Assembly: GCA_963721435.1 (NCBI GenBank)
Contig: CAVRJC010000007.1
Coordinates: 11,843 to 75,842, forward strand
DNA: 64,000 bases
Source of the DNA: an uncultured Actinomycetes bacterium
GTDB taxonomy: Bacteria > Actinomycetota > Acidimicrobiia > IMCC26256 > DASPTH01
Direction: 5' to 3'
In this document: in pieces, positions 46,799 to 56,548 of the stretch
How positions within the stretch are numbered: the stretch's first letter is position 1
Layout: the number at the start of each line of letters is the position of its first letter
Program-made: the position numbers and the translations under genes
Notes under the pieces: generated by a model
The model's database searches: none
Told to the model about the DNA's origin: nothing
What the model saw: the letters and a program-made list of their open reading frames with translations, nothing else

Positions 46799-46976
46799 CG
46801 CCGTCTCACCAGACGTGGTCACGCACACGCTCCTGGAAGTGAGCTACGGTGCCGCAAGCAATCGGTCGAGCTGTATGTGAAGAGCCGACTCCCTCAGGAG
46901 GCGCGTTGTGGGCAGCATGAAGAAGGTCTTGGCAGTAGCCGCGTCGGTCCGCGGCTAGCAGCGCCGGAGACCGAGA

Positions 46977-47177
46977 GTGACCTGGAAAGTCGTCGTCGAC
47001 TTCGATCTGTGCGAGAGCAACGCCAATTGCATGGGCGCGGCTCCCGAGGTCTTCGAGGTCCGTGACGACAACTTCCTCTACGTGCTGCAGGAGAACCCGC
47101 CCGACGACCTCCGACCCAGCGTCGAGGAAGCCGTGCGGCAGTGCCCGAAGCAAGCCATCAGCATCGCTGAAGACTGA
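46977..47177 (+). CDS. ferredoxin (single-cluster, 3Fe-4S/4Fe-4S type)
   Basis: 66 aa with VVVDFDLCESNANCMGAAPEVF...CPKQAISI, the Cx5C...CP ligand pattern of small actinobacterial ferredoxins. GTG start. Confidence 0.85.
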   Translation: MTWKVVVDFDLCESNANCMGAAPEVFEVRDDNFLYVLQENPPDDLRPSVEEAVRQCPKQAISIAED

Positions 47178-47227
47178 CGTGAGCGTCCCTCGCTGAGCGA
47201 GGGCACGAGAGCGCGGACGCGACGGGG

Positions 47228-47371
47228 CTACCGGTAGCACGCGTCGTCGATCGCGGTGTCGTCGCTGGCGTTCTGCAGGTCGACGATGGTGCCGTCGAGG
47301 ATCGTGAAGATCAGCGCCTGACGGTACGTACCGTTCGTGAGCTCACCGGTGACGTCGGGGTGCTCGGCCAC
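47228..47371 (-). CDS. candidate small protein (47 aa), not in the ORF track
   Basis: GTG start preceded by AGAGGAG 6 nt upstream. Very high GC3 across the ORF (VAEHPDVTGELTNGTYRQALIFTILDGTIVDLQNASDDTAIDDACYR). Convergent with the ferredoxin gene. Confidence 0.35.
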   Translation of the reverse strand: MAEHPDVTGELTNGTYRQALIFTILDGTIVDLQNASDDTAIDDACYR

Positions 47372-47500
47372 CGTGGCTCCTCTGGCGGGGTCGGCGGAAA
47401 CGGTTGGAGAACGCAGGGTGATTCACCACGCGGCGGGAGGCAGATCACCGGGATGGCGTGACCCGGGCCCGTGAGGTTCGGTCGCTACGGTGGCTCGACC

Positions 47501-48634
47501 ATGGCCCGAGCCGAAATCCGCCGACAGCGCCGCCGGCGTCGTCTCGCGGTCACGATCGGCGTCGTCACCGTGCTGGTGGTGGTCGGGGTCGGGATCGGCG
47601 CAGTGGCCCTGCTGCAGAGCGACTCGGGCGAGTCGGGCGACGCGAGCGTCATACACGAGGCGACCGCGCCCGCGACGACTTCTCCCGCCGCGCCGACGAC
47701 GCTCGCGGTGACCGCGCCGCCGGCCACCACTCCCACGAGCACCACGTCACCACGATCGGTCCCGATCGCCGTCGACCGTCGCTACGCGGTCGGTGTGCAC
47801 GAAGTCACCTACGTCGACACCAGCCGCTCCACGTCGGCGAACGGAAGCTTCGCCGGCGCGTCGACGCGCACCCTGCCGACGACGATCTGGTACCCCGCCC
47901 AGGGTGACCCCGACGCCGCCAGCCAACGCGATGCGACGCCCGACCGCGACCACGGGCGCTACCCGCTCATCCTGTTCGCGCACGGGTACGACGTCACCCC
48001 CGACTTCTACCGCCCGATGCTCGAGCGCTGGGCCGCGGCGGGCTACGTCGTCGCCGCGCCGACGTTCCCGATCCTGAGCGGCATTCCCGGCGGTGCCAGT
48101 CACACCGACTACGAGAAGACGTTCGACGACGCGTCGTTCGTGATCACCCGCGTGCTCGATACCGGGTCGACCGACCCGGTGACTGCGCTCGTCGATCCCG
48201 CGCGCATCGCCGCCGCCGGACATTCCGACGGCGAGACGATCGCGTTCGGGATCGGGTTCCTGTCGTGTTGCCGAGACGCGCGCGTGGGGTCCGTCATCCC
48301 GATGGCGGGCGACCTGTCACGCGCGAACAACCCCCATGTGCGTGACACCGGCATCCCGATCCTGCACATCATGGAGACGAACGACGAGTACGACCCCTAC
48401 GACCACTCGATTGCCTGGGATCGCGAGAACCTCACCGCGCCGCGGTGGATGCTCACGCTCGAGGACGCCAGCCACGTCCCGCCCTACACGCGGCCGGGCA
48501 ACCCGTACTTCGAGCTCGTGATGGCCACGACCATCGACTTCCTCGACGGCACCCTCAAGGGCCATCCGGAGCGACTCGACCAGATCAAGACCACGGTCGA
48601 CACCAGCCCGACACTCGCGTCGCTCGAGCGCTGA
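47501..48634 (+). CDS. secreted/membrane-anchored alpha/beta hydrolase (PAF-acetylhydrolase / chlorophyllase / dienelactone-hydrolase-like)
   Basis: The ATG at 47501 gives the signal-anchor ARAEIRRQRRRRRLAVTIGVVTVLVVVGVGIGAVALL. A Thr/Pro-rich linker follows, then the hydrolase core with ILFAHGY and the nucleophile motif AAGHSDGE. Confidence 0.7.
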   Translation: MARAEIRRQRRRRRLAVTIGVVTVLVVVGVGIGAVALLQSDSGESGDASVIHEATAPATTSPAAPTTLAVTAPPATTPTSTTSPRSVPIAVDRRYAVGVHEVTYVDTSRSTSANGSFAGASTRTLPTTIWYPAQGDPDAASQRDATPDRDHGRYPLILFAHGYDVTPDFYRPMLERWAAAGYVVAAPTFPILSGIPGGASHTDYEKTFDDASFVITRVLDTGSTDPVTALVDPARIAAAGHSDGETIAFGIGFLSCCRDARVGSVIPMAGDLSRANNPHVRDTGIPILHIMETNDEYDPYDHSIAWDRENLTAPRWMLTLEDASHVPPYTRPGNPYFELVMATTIDFLDGTLKGHPERLDQIKTTVDTSPTLASLER

Positions 48635-48646
48635 CGCGAACGCAGT

Positions 48647-50095
48647 TCAGCCGTAGAGGGCGAGGAGGTCGTCGCGGACTCGGCGGCGGAGGATTTTGCC
48701 GGTGGCGGTTTGGGGGAGTTCTTCGACGATGTGGATGGTCTCGGGGGTCTTGAGGGTGCCGAGGCGGGTGCGGACCCATTCGCGGACGTGTTCGGTGTCG
48801 ACGGTGTCGACGCCGGGTCGGAGGGTGATCATGGCGGCGATCGTCTCGCCCCATTCTTCGTCGGGGAGGCCGACGACGGCGGCGGTGGAGATGGCGTCGT
48901 GTTGGAGGAGCGCGTCTTCGACTTCGGCGGGGCTGATGTTCTCGCCGCCGCGGATGATGGTGTCGTCGGCGCGGCCTTCGCAGAAGAGGTAGCCCTCGAT
49001 GTCGACCCAGCCGCGGTCGCCGGTGTGGAGCCAGCGCTCGGCGTCGACTTTGGAGTCGGTGCCGACGTAGTCGCCGCTGACCTGGTCGCCGCGGATGAGG
49101 ATCTCGCCGGGGGTGTCGGCGGCGACTTCGGTGCCGTCGGGGTCGATGATGCGGATCTCGATGCCGGGGACGGGGCGCCCGACCGACGCGAGGCGGTTCT
49201 TGAACAGGGGCTCGTCGGAGTACAAGGCGAGGCGGTGGTCGTCGGGGCCCAGGAGCGCGACGGTGCTGCTGGTCTCGGTGAGCCCGTAGGCGTTCACGAA
49301 GTCGGTTTCGGGCATCAGGTGCAGGGCCCGTTCGAGAACCGAGGTGTGCATACGGGCGCCGCCGTAGGCGAGGTGCCGCAGGGTGGGCACACGGGCGTCG
49401 GGATCGGCTTCCATGACCTGGACGATCCGGGCGAGCATCGTCGGCACGACGGTCGCGTGGGTGACACCTTCACGGCGCGCAGTGTCGATCCATTCCTCGG
49501 CGGTGAACCGTGGGAGGGGCACGATCCGGCGTCCGATGTAGGTGGAGCTCAACACCGCGGCGACTCCCGCGATGTGGAACGGCGGCACCGACACGATCGC
49601 GGCTTCGTGCTCGGCGGCACTGGCGAACTCGAGGGTGTTGAACACGTACGCGAGCAACTGGTCGTGACGCAACACCGCAGCCTTCGGCGCCGCCGAGGTG
49701 CCACTCGTGAACAACAACACCGCGGGCGCGTCGGGCGCGCCCGGGAACTCACGCTCGTCCGCGAACTCGGCGTCGACCCAGCCCGGCGCCGCGATCACCG
49801 CCGGCTGCACACGCGCGATGAGCTCGTCGAGCTGCGCGTCCGGCAACCGGAAGTTCAATGGCGCATAGCTCACCCCCGCCCACGCCGCACCGAACAACGC
49901 CGCGGGCACGATCGGCGACAACGCGTCGATCACCGCGACCGTCGTCGCACCACCATGATCCTCGTCGATCCGCCGCGCCACCCCACGCGCCGCCCGACGC
50001 AACTCCGAGTACGTCAACCCGTCGTCACGGCTACCGAACGCGACCCGATCACCCAACGCATCAGCAGCCATCTCGAGGACCAAGGCGATGTTCAC
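48647..50095 (-). CDS. AMP-dependent synthetase/ligase (acyl-CoA synthetase family)
   Basis: AMP-binding motifs LLFTSGTSAAPKAAVLRHDQL, YGLTETSS, TGDRGWVDIEGYLFCEGRADDTIIRGGENISP and PQTATGKILRR. GTG start. Confidence 0.9.
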   Translation of the reverse strand: MNIALVLEMAADALGDRVAFGSRDDGLTYSELRRAARGVARRIDEDHGGATTVAVIDALSPIVPAALFGAAWAGVSYAPLNFRLPDAQLDELIARVQPAVIAAPGWVDAEFADEREFPGAPDAPAVLLFTSGTSAAPKAAVLRHDQLLAYVFNTLEFASAAEHEAAIVSVPPFHIAGVAAVLSSTYIGRRIVPLPRFTAEEWIDTARREGVTHATVVPTMLARIVQVMEADPDARVPTLRHLAYGGARMHTSVLERALHLMPETDFVNAYGLTETSSTVALLGPDDHRLALYSDEPLFKNRLASVGRPVPGIEIRIIDPDGTEVAADTPGEILIRGDQVSGDYVGTDSKVDAERWLHTGDRGWVDIEGYLFCEGRADDTIIRGGENISPAEVEDALLQHDAISTAAVVGLPDEEWGETIAAMITLRPGVDTVDTEHVREWVRTRLGTLKTPETIHIVEELPQTATGKILRRRVRDDLLALYG

Positions 50096-50120
50096 CGGAT
50101 CCTCCTGTGGAGCGCGCTGG

Positions 50121-50264
50121 TCAGTCGGAGGACGGGAGCGGCGCCGCGGCAGGCATCTCCATCACCTGGCCGTGGCACGTGAGCTCCCCGTCGCCCGCCT
50201 TGGTGACGAGCACCGTGGCCTCGCACACCGTGCACGTGTACCGCTTGCCCATCTGGTTCGCCAT
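50121..50264 (-). CDS. small CxxC zinc-ribbon-like protein (47 aa), not in the ORF track
   Basis: MANQMGKRYTCTVCEATVLVTKAGDGELTCHGQVMEMPAAAPLPSSD. A strong AAGGAGGG Shine-Dalgarno lies 8 nt upstream. It is a paralog of the adjacent mini-ORF. Confidence 0.45.
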   Translation of the reverse strand: MANQMGKRYTCTVCEATVLVTKAGDGELTCHGQVMEMPAAAPLPSSD

Positions 50265-50270
50265 CGGGGC

Positions 50271-50393
50271 CTAGCCCTCCTTCGGGGCCAGTGGCTGGCC
50301 GCAACACGAGATCTCGCCATCGGTGCCCTTGACGACCAGCACCTCGGTCTCACACTGCGCGCAGCGCAGGCGGCTTCCCACTGCAATCGGCAT
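50271..50393 (-). CDS. small CxxC zinc-ribbon-like protein (40 aa), paralog of the downstream mini-ORF
   Basis: MPIAVGSRLRCAQCETEVLVVKGTDGEISCCGQPLAPKEG. It aligns with the neighbouring mini-ORF (R..C..CE..VLV.K..DGE..C.GQ). Its last codons encode the Shine-Dalgarno of the next gene. Confidence 0.4.
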   Translation of the reverse strand: MPIAVGSRLRCAQCETEVLVVKGTDGEISCCGQPLAPKEG

Positions 50394-50455
50394 GGTCGTC
50401 AGGATACCGAAACGGTTGCGACGCCGGTCGAGTCGGGCGCTGGCGTGCGCGTAGC

Positions 50456-51316
50456 GTGCCCGGGATGGGCGCGGCGCCGGAGACGATCACGGTCGAGCAC
50501 GACGGGCTTCGGATCGCGGCGCTCGACTGGGGGAGCGACGGCTCTCCGCTGCTGCTGATGCACCCCAACGGGTTCTGCGCGGGGACCTGGGACCCGCTCG
50601 CGCAGCAGCTGCGCGGTGACTACCGGCCGATCGCGATCGACATCCGGGGGCACGGCGCGAGTGATCCGCCGCGCACCGACGCCGAGTACGCGTTCACGTC
50701 GGTGGCATCCGACATCGCGCCGGTGCTCGACGCGCTCGGCGTGCACGAGGTGGTTGCGCTCGGGCACTCGCTCGGTGGGGCGTGCGTGATCCTGCTCGAC
50801 CACCTGCACCCGGGAATTGTGCAGCGAGCGCTCCTGTGCGAGGCCATCGCGTTCCCGCCCGTCCCCGGCGGCACGCCCCCGGACGGCCCGAGCCGGCTCG
50901 TCGTCGCGGCACGTCGTCGGCGCGCGGAGTGGCCCGATCGCGCGACCGTGCGGGAGTCGTACGGGAGCCGTCCACCGTTGAACGTCCTCGAGCCCACGGT
51001 GCTCGATGCCTACGTGCACTGGGGATTCCGCGACCGTCCCGACGGAACCATCGAGCTCGCGTGCGCGCCAGAGGTCGAGGCGCGATTCTTCGAAGCCGCG
51101 GCAACGGGGGAGGGCGCTCGCACCGCGTTCGACCGCCTGCCGTCGCTGCGAGGTCGTGCGACGGTGGTGCGCGGCGACCGGACCGACCTCCCGGCAGTGA
51201 TCTTCGACGCGCAGGCCGCTGCCCTTGGTGCACCGCTGGTCGAGCTCAGCGGTGACCACTTCTTCCTGCAGGAGAACACGGCCCGCGCCGCCGCGCTGGT
51301 ACGCGAGCACCTCTAA
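50456..51316 (+). CDS. alpha/beta hydrolase fold protein
   Basis: LLLMHPNGF, IRGHGASD and the nucleophile elbow ALGHSLGG. Confidence 0.85.
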   Translation: MPGMGAAPETITVEHDGLRIAALDWGSDGSPLLLMHPNGFCAGTWDPLAQQLRGDYRPIAIDIRGHGASDPPRTDAEYAFTSVASDIAPVLDALGVHEVVALGHSLGGACVILLDHLHPGIVQRALLCEAIAFPPVPGGTPPDGPSRLVVAARRRRAEWPDRATVRESYGSRPPLNVLEPTVLDAYVHWGFRDRPDGTIELACAPEVEARFFEAAATGEGARTAFDRLPSLRGRATVVRGDRTDLPAVIFDAQAAALGAPLVELSGDHFFLQENTARAAALVREHL

Positions 51317-52957
51317 CCACGCGCCAACACCTCGCGTGCCCAGTCGAGGTCGACCTTGCTCACCGTCGTTCGACGCACCTCGTCGACGATCGCGACGCGA
51401 CGCGGCCGCTTGTAACCCGCGAGCCGATCCGCCACCCAGTCGCCGATCTCGGTCGTCGCGAGCTCGGGGCCGTCGGTGATGGCGACGACCGCGCCGACCG
51501 CCTCACCCCAGCTCTCGTCCGGCACGCCGACCACCGCCGCGTCGACGACCCGCGGATGCTGCTTGAGGGTCTCCTCCACCTCTTCGGGCCACACCTTCTC
51601 GCCGCCGGTGTTGATGCACCCCGAGCCCCGGCCGAGCAACGTGATCGTGCCGTCGGTCTCGAGCCGACCCCAGTCGCCGTTCACGGAGTACGGACGGCCG
51701 TCGATGGTGCGGAACACCACCGCCGAGCGCTCGGGATCCTTGTAGTACGCGATCGCGATCGGCCCCGCGGTCGCGAGCATCCCGGCTTCGCCGTTCGGCG
51801 CCTCACTGCCGTCGGCACGGAGGACCTTGGTGTGCGGGCCGGGGCGGAACCTCGCCGTGGTGCCCTCGCCGGGCGCGGTCGCGAGCCACGCGCCGTACCC
51901 GGTGCCCTCGCTCGATCCCGAGCGCGTCGTAGAACGTCATGGTGCCGCGCGACAGGAGCGCGTCCTTCACGGGCCCGCTCGCCATCGCACCGGAGTTGTG
52001 GATGCGGCGCAACGAGGAGATGTCGTACGGGCGCCCTTCCGACTCCGCGCGCTCGAGCGCGCGCACGATGCGGCTCGCCACGACATCACCGATCACCGCG
52101 AAGATCGTGACGCGCTCGCGCTCGATGACCTCACACACCTCGTCGCCGTCGAGCGGGTGCCGTTCGAGCATCACGACGCGACCGCCGAGGAGCAGCGCGC
52201 TGTTCGCCTGGTAGATCGCGGTCGCGTGCACGAGGGGCGTCGCCGCGAGTGCGACCGGCGCACGGCCAGAGGCGTGGAGCTCGGCGACGACGGCGCGGAG
52301 CTCGTCGAGGTCGGCGGGCACCGCGACGCCGGCGACGTCGCACTCCATCTTCAACCCCGCGTTGAGCAGCGCTTCCTGGTGCCAGACCACGCCCTTCGGC
52401 AAGCCCGTGGTGCCGCCCGTGTACCAGAGCATGAAGTCGTCACCCGAGCGTTCGACGCGCGGGAGCGGCTCGTGCGCGCCGATGAACGCCTCGTACTCGA
52501 TGGCGCCGTCGAGGCGCGGCGTGCCGGAGCCGTCCTCGATGTCGACGAGCAGCTTCAGGAGGGGCAGGTCGTCGCGCGCTTCCGCGACGCGCTCACCGAG
52601 CCCGCGGTGGTACACGAGCACCTCGGCGTCGGCGTTCTCGAGCAGGTACGCGAGCTCGGCTGCGCGGTAGCGGAAGTTCACCGGCGCGGGGACGGCGCGG
52701 AGCTTCATCGCCCCGAAGTGCGCCTCGAGGTACTCGGGGCAATTCGTGGTGTACAGCGCAACGTGCGTGTTCCGGCCGAAGCCGGCCGCGGCCAGCGCGC
52801 CCGCGAACCGCGCCGCGCGCTCGTCGAACTCGCGCCAGGTGATCGCACGCTTGCCCTGTTGCACCGCGACCGCGTCGGGCGCGACATCTTTCGCCGCTTC
52901 CCAGACGGTCGCGTAGCTCTCGTGCACGGCGGTGAGTATGCCCGCCGCGTCGGGCAC
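51313..52957 (-). pseudogene. acyl-CoA synthetase (AMP-binding) with a +1 frameshift near 51910-51920
   Basis: The N-terminal and central region (YTGGTTGLPKGV...TMTFYDALG) is in one frame. The continuation (SSEGTGYGAWLATAPGEG...GDWGRLETDGTITLLGRGSGCINTGGEKV...) is in the adjacent frame. One extra A in GGGATCGAGCGAG explains the shift. The proposed GTG start at 52957 lies just after the upstream permease stop. Confidence 0.7.
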
Positions 52958-52965
52958 GGGTGAGA

Positions 52966-53799
52966 TCAGGCGCCCATGCCGAGCAGCCGCTCGCGGGACA
53001 CCGCGTACGACGCCCGCCACAAGGCGAAGATCGCACCCAGCCAGGCCAGTGCCCCGATCCCGAAGGCGAGCAGCTCACCCGTGAACAGGGTGTTGCTGGC
53101 GACGCCGTACGAGATGACGATCAACGGGAGCGTCGCCAGCGCGGACGCCTGCTGGGCCGCCGCCGCGCTCGACACCCGGGCCGAGATCGCGAGGATGATC
53201 GCGAGCGCGAGCGCGATGAACGGGGGCAGGACCCAGAGCACCAGCACCCACCAGTTCGCGGTGGGGAAGAACCAGCCGCCGAGCTTCGGTCCGACGATGA
53301 GGTTCACCACGAGCGAGTACATCGCGAAGCCGAGCGCGGCCGTGAAGTACCCGGGGATGAGGCTCGCCATCAACTTGCCGAGGTAGATCTGGCGCTCGGT
53401 GGCGGGGGAGTGGGCGAGGAACTCGCCACTGCCGCGCTCGCGCTCACCGATGATGGTGTGCGCGCCCACTGCCGACGACACCGTCAACGGCACGATGATC
53501 GCGAGTGGCGCGAAGAGATACACCGCGAGCGCGTACGACGCCTGCACCGGTCCCTTGTCGCCCTTCGTCGCCTGCTTGACCTCTTCCGGCAAGCTCCCGA
53601 CCACGCCACTGAGCTGGCGCACGAGATGGACGTCCTTCACCGAGCCGAGCAGGAGCAGGAGGAGCGCCGGGATGATCACGAAGAACAGCAGCGCGACGAT
53701 CGACAACGGCACCCAGAAGTCGCGCGCCTGGCGAAGTTGACGCAGGTCGGTGCGCGCGATCACCCACGCCGGTGACGACGGTCGCTTCGTTCGACTCAC
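52966..53799 (-). CDS. ABC-2 type transporter permease
   Basis: 277 aa with 6 TM segments. The GTG start at 53799 overlaps the ATPase stop (GTGA). Confidence 0.8.
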   Translation of the reverse strand: MSRTKRPSSPAWVIARTDLRQLRQARDFWVPLSIVALLFFVIIPALLLLLLGSVKDVHLVRQLSGVVGSLPEEVKQATKGDKGPVQASYALAVYLFAPLAIIVPLTVSSAVGAHTIIGERERGSGEFLAHSPATERQIYLGKLMASLIPGYFTAALGFAMYSLVVNLIVGPKLGGWFFPTANWWVLVLWVLPPFIALALAIILAISARVSSAAAAQQASALATLPLIVISYGVASNTLFTGELLAFGIGALAWLGAIFALWRASYAVSRERLLGMGA

Positions 53800-54755
53800 G
53801 GAGTTCGTTCCGGCTCTCGGTGCTCGTTCCTGATCGCGAAGTAGAGCTCCTCGAGGCTCGGCGCGCGCGGCTCGACCCGGCGGAGCCGCGCGCCGCCGCG
53901 CACGAGCGCGTCCACAAGCTCCGGCACCGAGCCGTCGTCGGCGAGGTCGACGAGCGCAACACCATTGCGTTGGTACGCGCTCACATACGGAAGGTCGCGT
54001 GCGAGATCGAGCACCGTGGGATCGTCGGCGTCGAGCAGCACCCGCGCCGCGGGCCAGTACCGGTGCGTGAGCTCCGCGGGCGAGCCCGAGACGACCGCGC
54101 GACCGTGGTCCATGACCACGACCTGGTCGGCGAGGCCTTCGGCCTCGAGCAGCAGGTGTGTGCACATCACGACCGTCTTGCCGTCGTCGGCCATCTCGTC
54201 GATGAGCCCGAGCACCGCTCGTGCCGACTCGGGGTCGAGGCCGGCCGTCGGCTCGTCGAGGAGCAGTAGGTCGGGCTCGTGCAGCACCGCACGGGCGAGC
54301 GCGAGGCGAGCCCGCATGCCGGTCGAGTACCCCCCGACGCGCTGGGAGAGCGCGTCGGCAATCTCGAATCGCTCGGCCGCTTCCGCGATACGGGCGTCGA
54401 TCACCGAGTCGTCGACCGCGAAGAGCTCCGCGGCGTAGCGCAGGTTGTCGGTGCCGCTGAGCCGGTCGTAGAGAGCGGGACGCGCCGGCACCACCCCGCA
54501 GTGCCGGCGCACCTCCGTTCCTTCCGACGCGACGTCCGGGTCGAGCCCCAGCGTTCGCACCGCACCCGAGTCGGCGCGCAGCGCGCCGGTGACCAGCCGC
54601 ACGACCGTCGTCTTCCCCGCGCCGTTCGGGCCCAACAGCACGGTGACGCTTCCCCGCGGCACTTCGACCGTCAGCTCGTCGACGGCCACGACCGTGCCGA
54701 AGCACCGGCGGACGTCTGTCAGCGCGACGGCAGGAGCCGAGGAATCGGGCGGCAT
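53796..54755 (-). CDS. ABC transporter ATP-binding protein
   Basis: Walker A (GPNGAGKTT), signature YSTGMRARLALA and Walker B (LLLLDEPTAGLD). Confidence 0.9.
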   Translation of the reverse strand: MPPDSSAPAVALTDVRRCFGTVVAVDELTVEVPRGSVTVLLGPNGAGKTTVVRLVTGALRADSGAVRTLGLDPDVASEGTEVRRHCGVVPARPALYDRLSGTDNLRYAAELFAVDDSVIDARIAEAAERFEIADALSQRVGGYSTGMRARLALARAVLHEPDLLLLDEPTAGLDPESARAVLGLIDEMADDGKTVVMCTHLLLEAEGLADQVVVMDHGRAVVSGSPAELTHRYWPAARVLLDADDPTVLDLARDLPYVSAYQRNGVALVDLADDGSVPELVDALVRGGARLRRVEPRAPSLEELYFAIRNEHREPERTP

Positions 54756-54831
54756 ACCCGTTGATCGGCGTCTGATCGCCGGGGATGAAGGGCTAACCTC
54801 GCACTTCGCCCTGCTCCGTGCGGGGCGGCGC

Positions 54832-54906
54832 GGCGGCGTAGCCGAGTGGCTCAGGCAAGGGTCTGCAAAACCCTGGACGCGGGTTCAATTCCCGCCGCCG
54901 CCTCCA
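54832..54906 (+). tRNA. tRNA-Cys(GCA): tRNA-Cys (anticodon GCA)
   Basis: Manual cloverleaf: acceptor GGCGGCG/CGCCGCC, anticodon stem AGGGT/ACCCT with loop CTGCAAA (anticodon GCA), T-arm GCGGG-TTCAATT-CCCGC, discriminator U, and an encoded CCA. Confidence 0.9.
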
Positions 54907-55360
54907 ACCTGATCCGATGCTGGATGCGTCGCCGGCGGCTGGGTGCTCGCACCCGTGTTCGCCAACGAGCTGCCGACGGCCCCGCCGTTGCCGGTGTTCA
55001 CGACTTCCGGCGGGGCATCGGCGGGGACGCCCTCGGGAACGCTCTCGGGGGAACGCCCTCGGGAACGCCCGTGCTGATCAGCTCGCCCTGGGTGTGCGCG
55101 TTTGCAGAGGGGTCGAGAACACCAGTGAACCGAATCCGGCAATGGTGGCGGCCTCTTCGTGAAGCCCGCCCGGATCGATCACGCCCAGGAGTCCGGAATG
55201 CTTCCGAACGAAGGCAGCCAGAGGATCTGACGCGTGCACGACGGCGAACGCGACAAGTCGGGTGTGCCGAAGATGCAGCCGCTCCTCAGCGTTCGCGCAA
55301 CTCTCCGACCGCGCCTCGATGGGCGAGGACGGGTGGGGAACGAGAGCGCGGGCTCGGGCG

Positions 55361-56548
55361 TCAGACGGGTGCGGGTGCCGCGGTGCCTTCGGTGAACGAC
55401 GACTCCGGCGGGAGGTAGCCCTCGGGGAACCGGTACAGGTCGATCGCGTTGTCCCACATGATCTTGCGCTTCGAGTCGTCGGAGATGAGGTCGGGGCGCA
55501 GCGCGAGGAGGTGGTCGGTCGCGTAGGGGTACTTCGAGTCGGGATGCGGGAAGTCGGTCTCGTAGACGATGTGGTCGTCGCCGAGCCAGCGGATCACGTC
55601 GGCGACGAAGCGGTCTTCACATTCGGTGGAGATCCAGCAGTTCCTCTGGAAGTAGTCGGTGGCCGACATCGTGAGCTCGGGGAACTCGTAGTCACCCGCG
55701 AGCTCGAGATTCTCGTCGATGCGGTGCAGCCACGACGGCAGCCATCCGCACCCGGCCTCCATGTACGCGCAGCGCAAGCGCGGGAACCGCTCGAACACGC
55801 CGTTGCAGATCATCGACACGACTGCGTGCATGCCTTCCATCGGGTGCACGACGACGTGCCACTCCGTGAAGGTCGTGTAGCGGTCGGAGCCGGCCGTCGC
55901 AGCGTTCAGCCCCTGGAACTCGTGCGTGCCGAACGCGCAGTCGAGATCCTCGAGCAGCTCCCACACCGGGTCGTAGTAGCGGTGGCCGAGATTGCGGTGG
56001 TTGAGGTAGTCGGGCCGCGCCCAGAAGCAGCGCACGCCGAGATGGTCGTACGCGTACTGGATCTCCTCGACCGCGCGCGACACGTCGCCGAGCGGGACCG
56101 GCCCCGACACGATGCAGCGCCCTCCCGACGTGTCGTACATCTCCTGGCCCCAGCGGTTGTACGCGCGGCACAGCGCAGCCTGGATCTCGGGATCGATGCC
56201 TTCGACCCATGGATCGAACTCGGGCCCGTAGATCACCATCGTGTCGACGCCCTCGACCTCGAGTGCACGCGCGACGCGGTCACCGGTGAACCCCTTGGTC
56301 ATGAGCTCGCCGAACTGGTCGATCATGTCGTCGGTGGTCCAGTTGACGGCCTTCTGGAAGTTGCCGTAGAGGCTGGTCGGGTGCTGGGTGTAGCGACCGT
56401 CCACCATCGTGGGCTGGTAGTGGTCGAAGCCGGGAGGCGGGCGGCGCTCGACCCGATCGATGAACTTCTTGTCGAGGAACCGGGGCCACAGATCGGCCGG
56501 GTAGATCACGTGCGCGTCGGCGTCGAACACCTTGAACCCGTTCCGCAT
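55361..56548 (-). CDS. amidohydrolase-2 family metal-dependent hydrolase (ACMSD/decarboxylase-like)
   Basis: The ATG at 56548 follows a GGGAGG Shine-Dalgarno. FDADAHVIYP (HxH-type metal-site start), conserved His and Asp residues through the TIM-barrel, and a C-terminal DFPHPD motif. Confidence 0.85.
   Translation of the reverse strand: MRNGFKVFDADAHVIYPADLWPRFLDKKFIDRVERRPPPGFDHYQPTMVDGRYTQHPTSLYGNFQKAVNWTTDDMIDQFGELMTKGFTGDRVARALEVEGVDTMVIYGPEFDPWVEGIDPEIQAALCRAYNRWGQEMYDTSGGRCIVSGPVPLGDVSRAVEEIQYAYDHLGVRCFWARPDYLNHRNLGHRYYDPVWELLEDLDCAFGTHEFQGLNAATAGSDRYTTFTEWHVVVHPMEGMHAVVSMICNGVFERFPRLRCAYMEAGCGWLPSWLHRIDENLELAGDYEFPELTMSATDYFQRNCWISTECEDRFVADVIRWLGDDHIVYETDFPHPDSKYPYATDHLLALRPDLISDDSKRKIMWDNAIDLYRFPEGYLPPESSFTEGTAAPAPV

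Noticed and set aside
54907-55360. Integrase or prophage at tRNA-Cys
   Set aside because: There is no integrase, recombinase or transposase ORF in either direction, and no duplicated tRNA 3' end. Only a short noncoding remnant-like segment is present.
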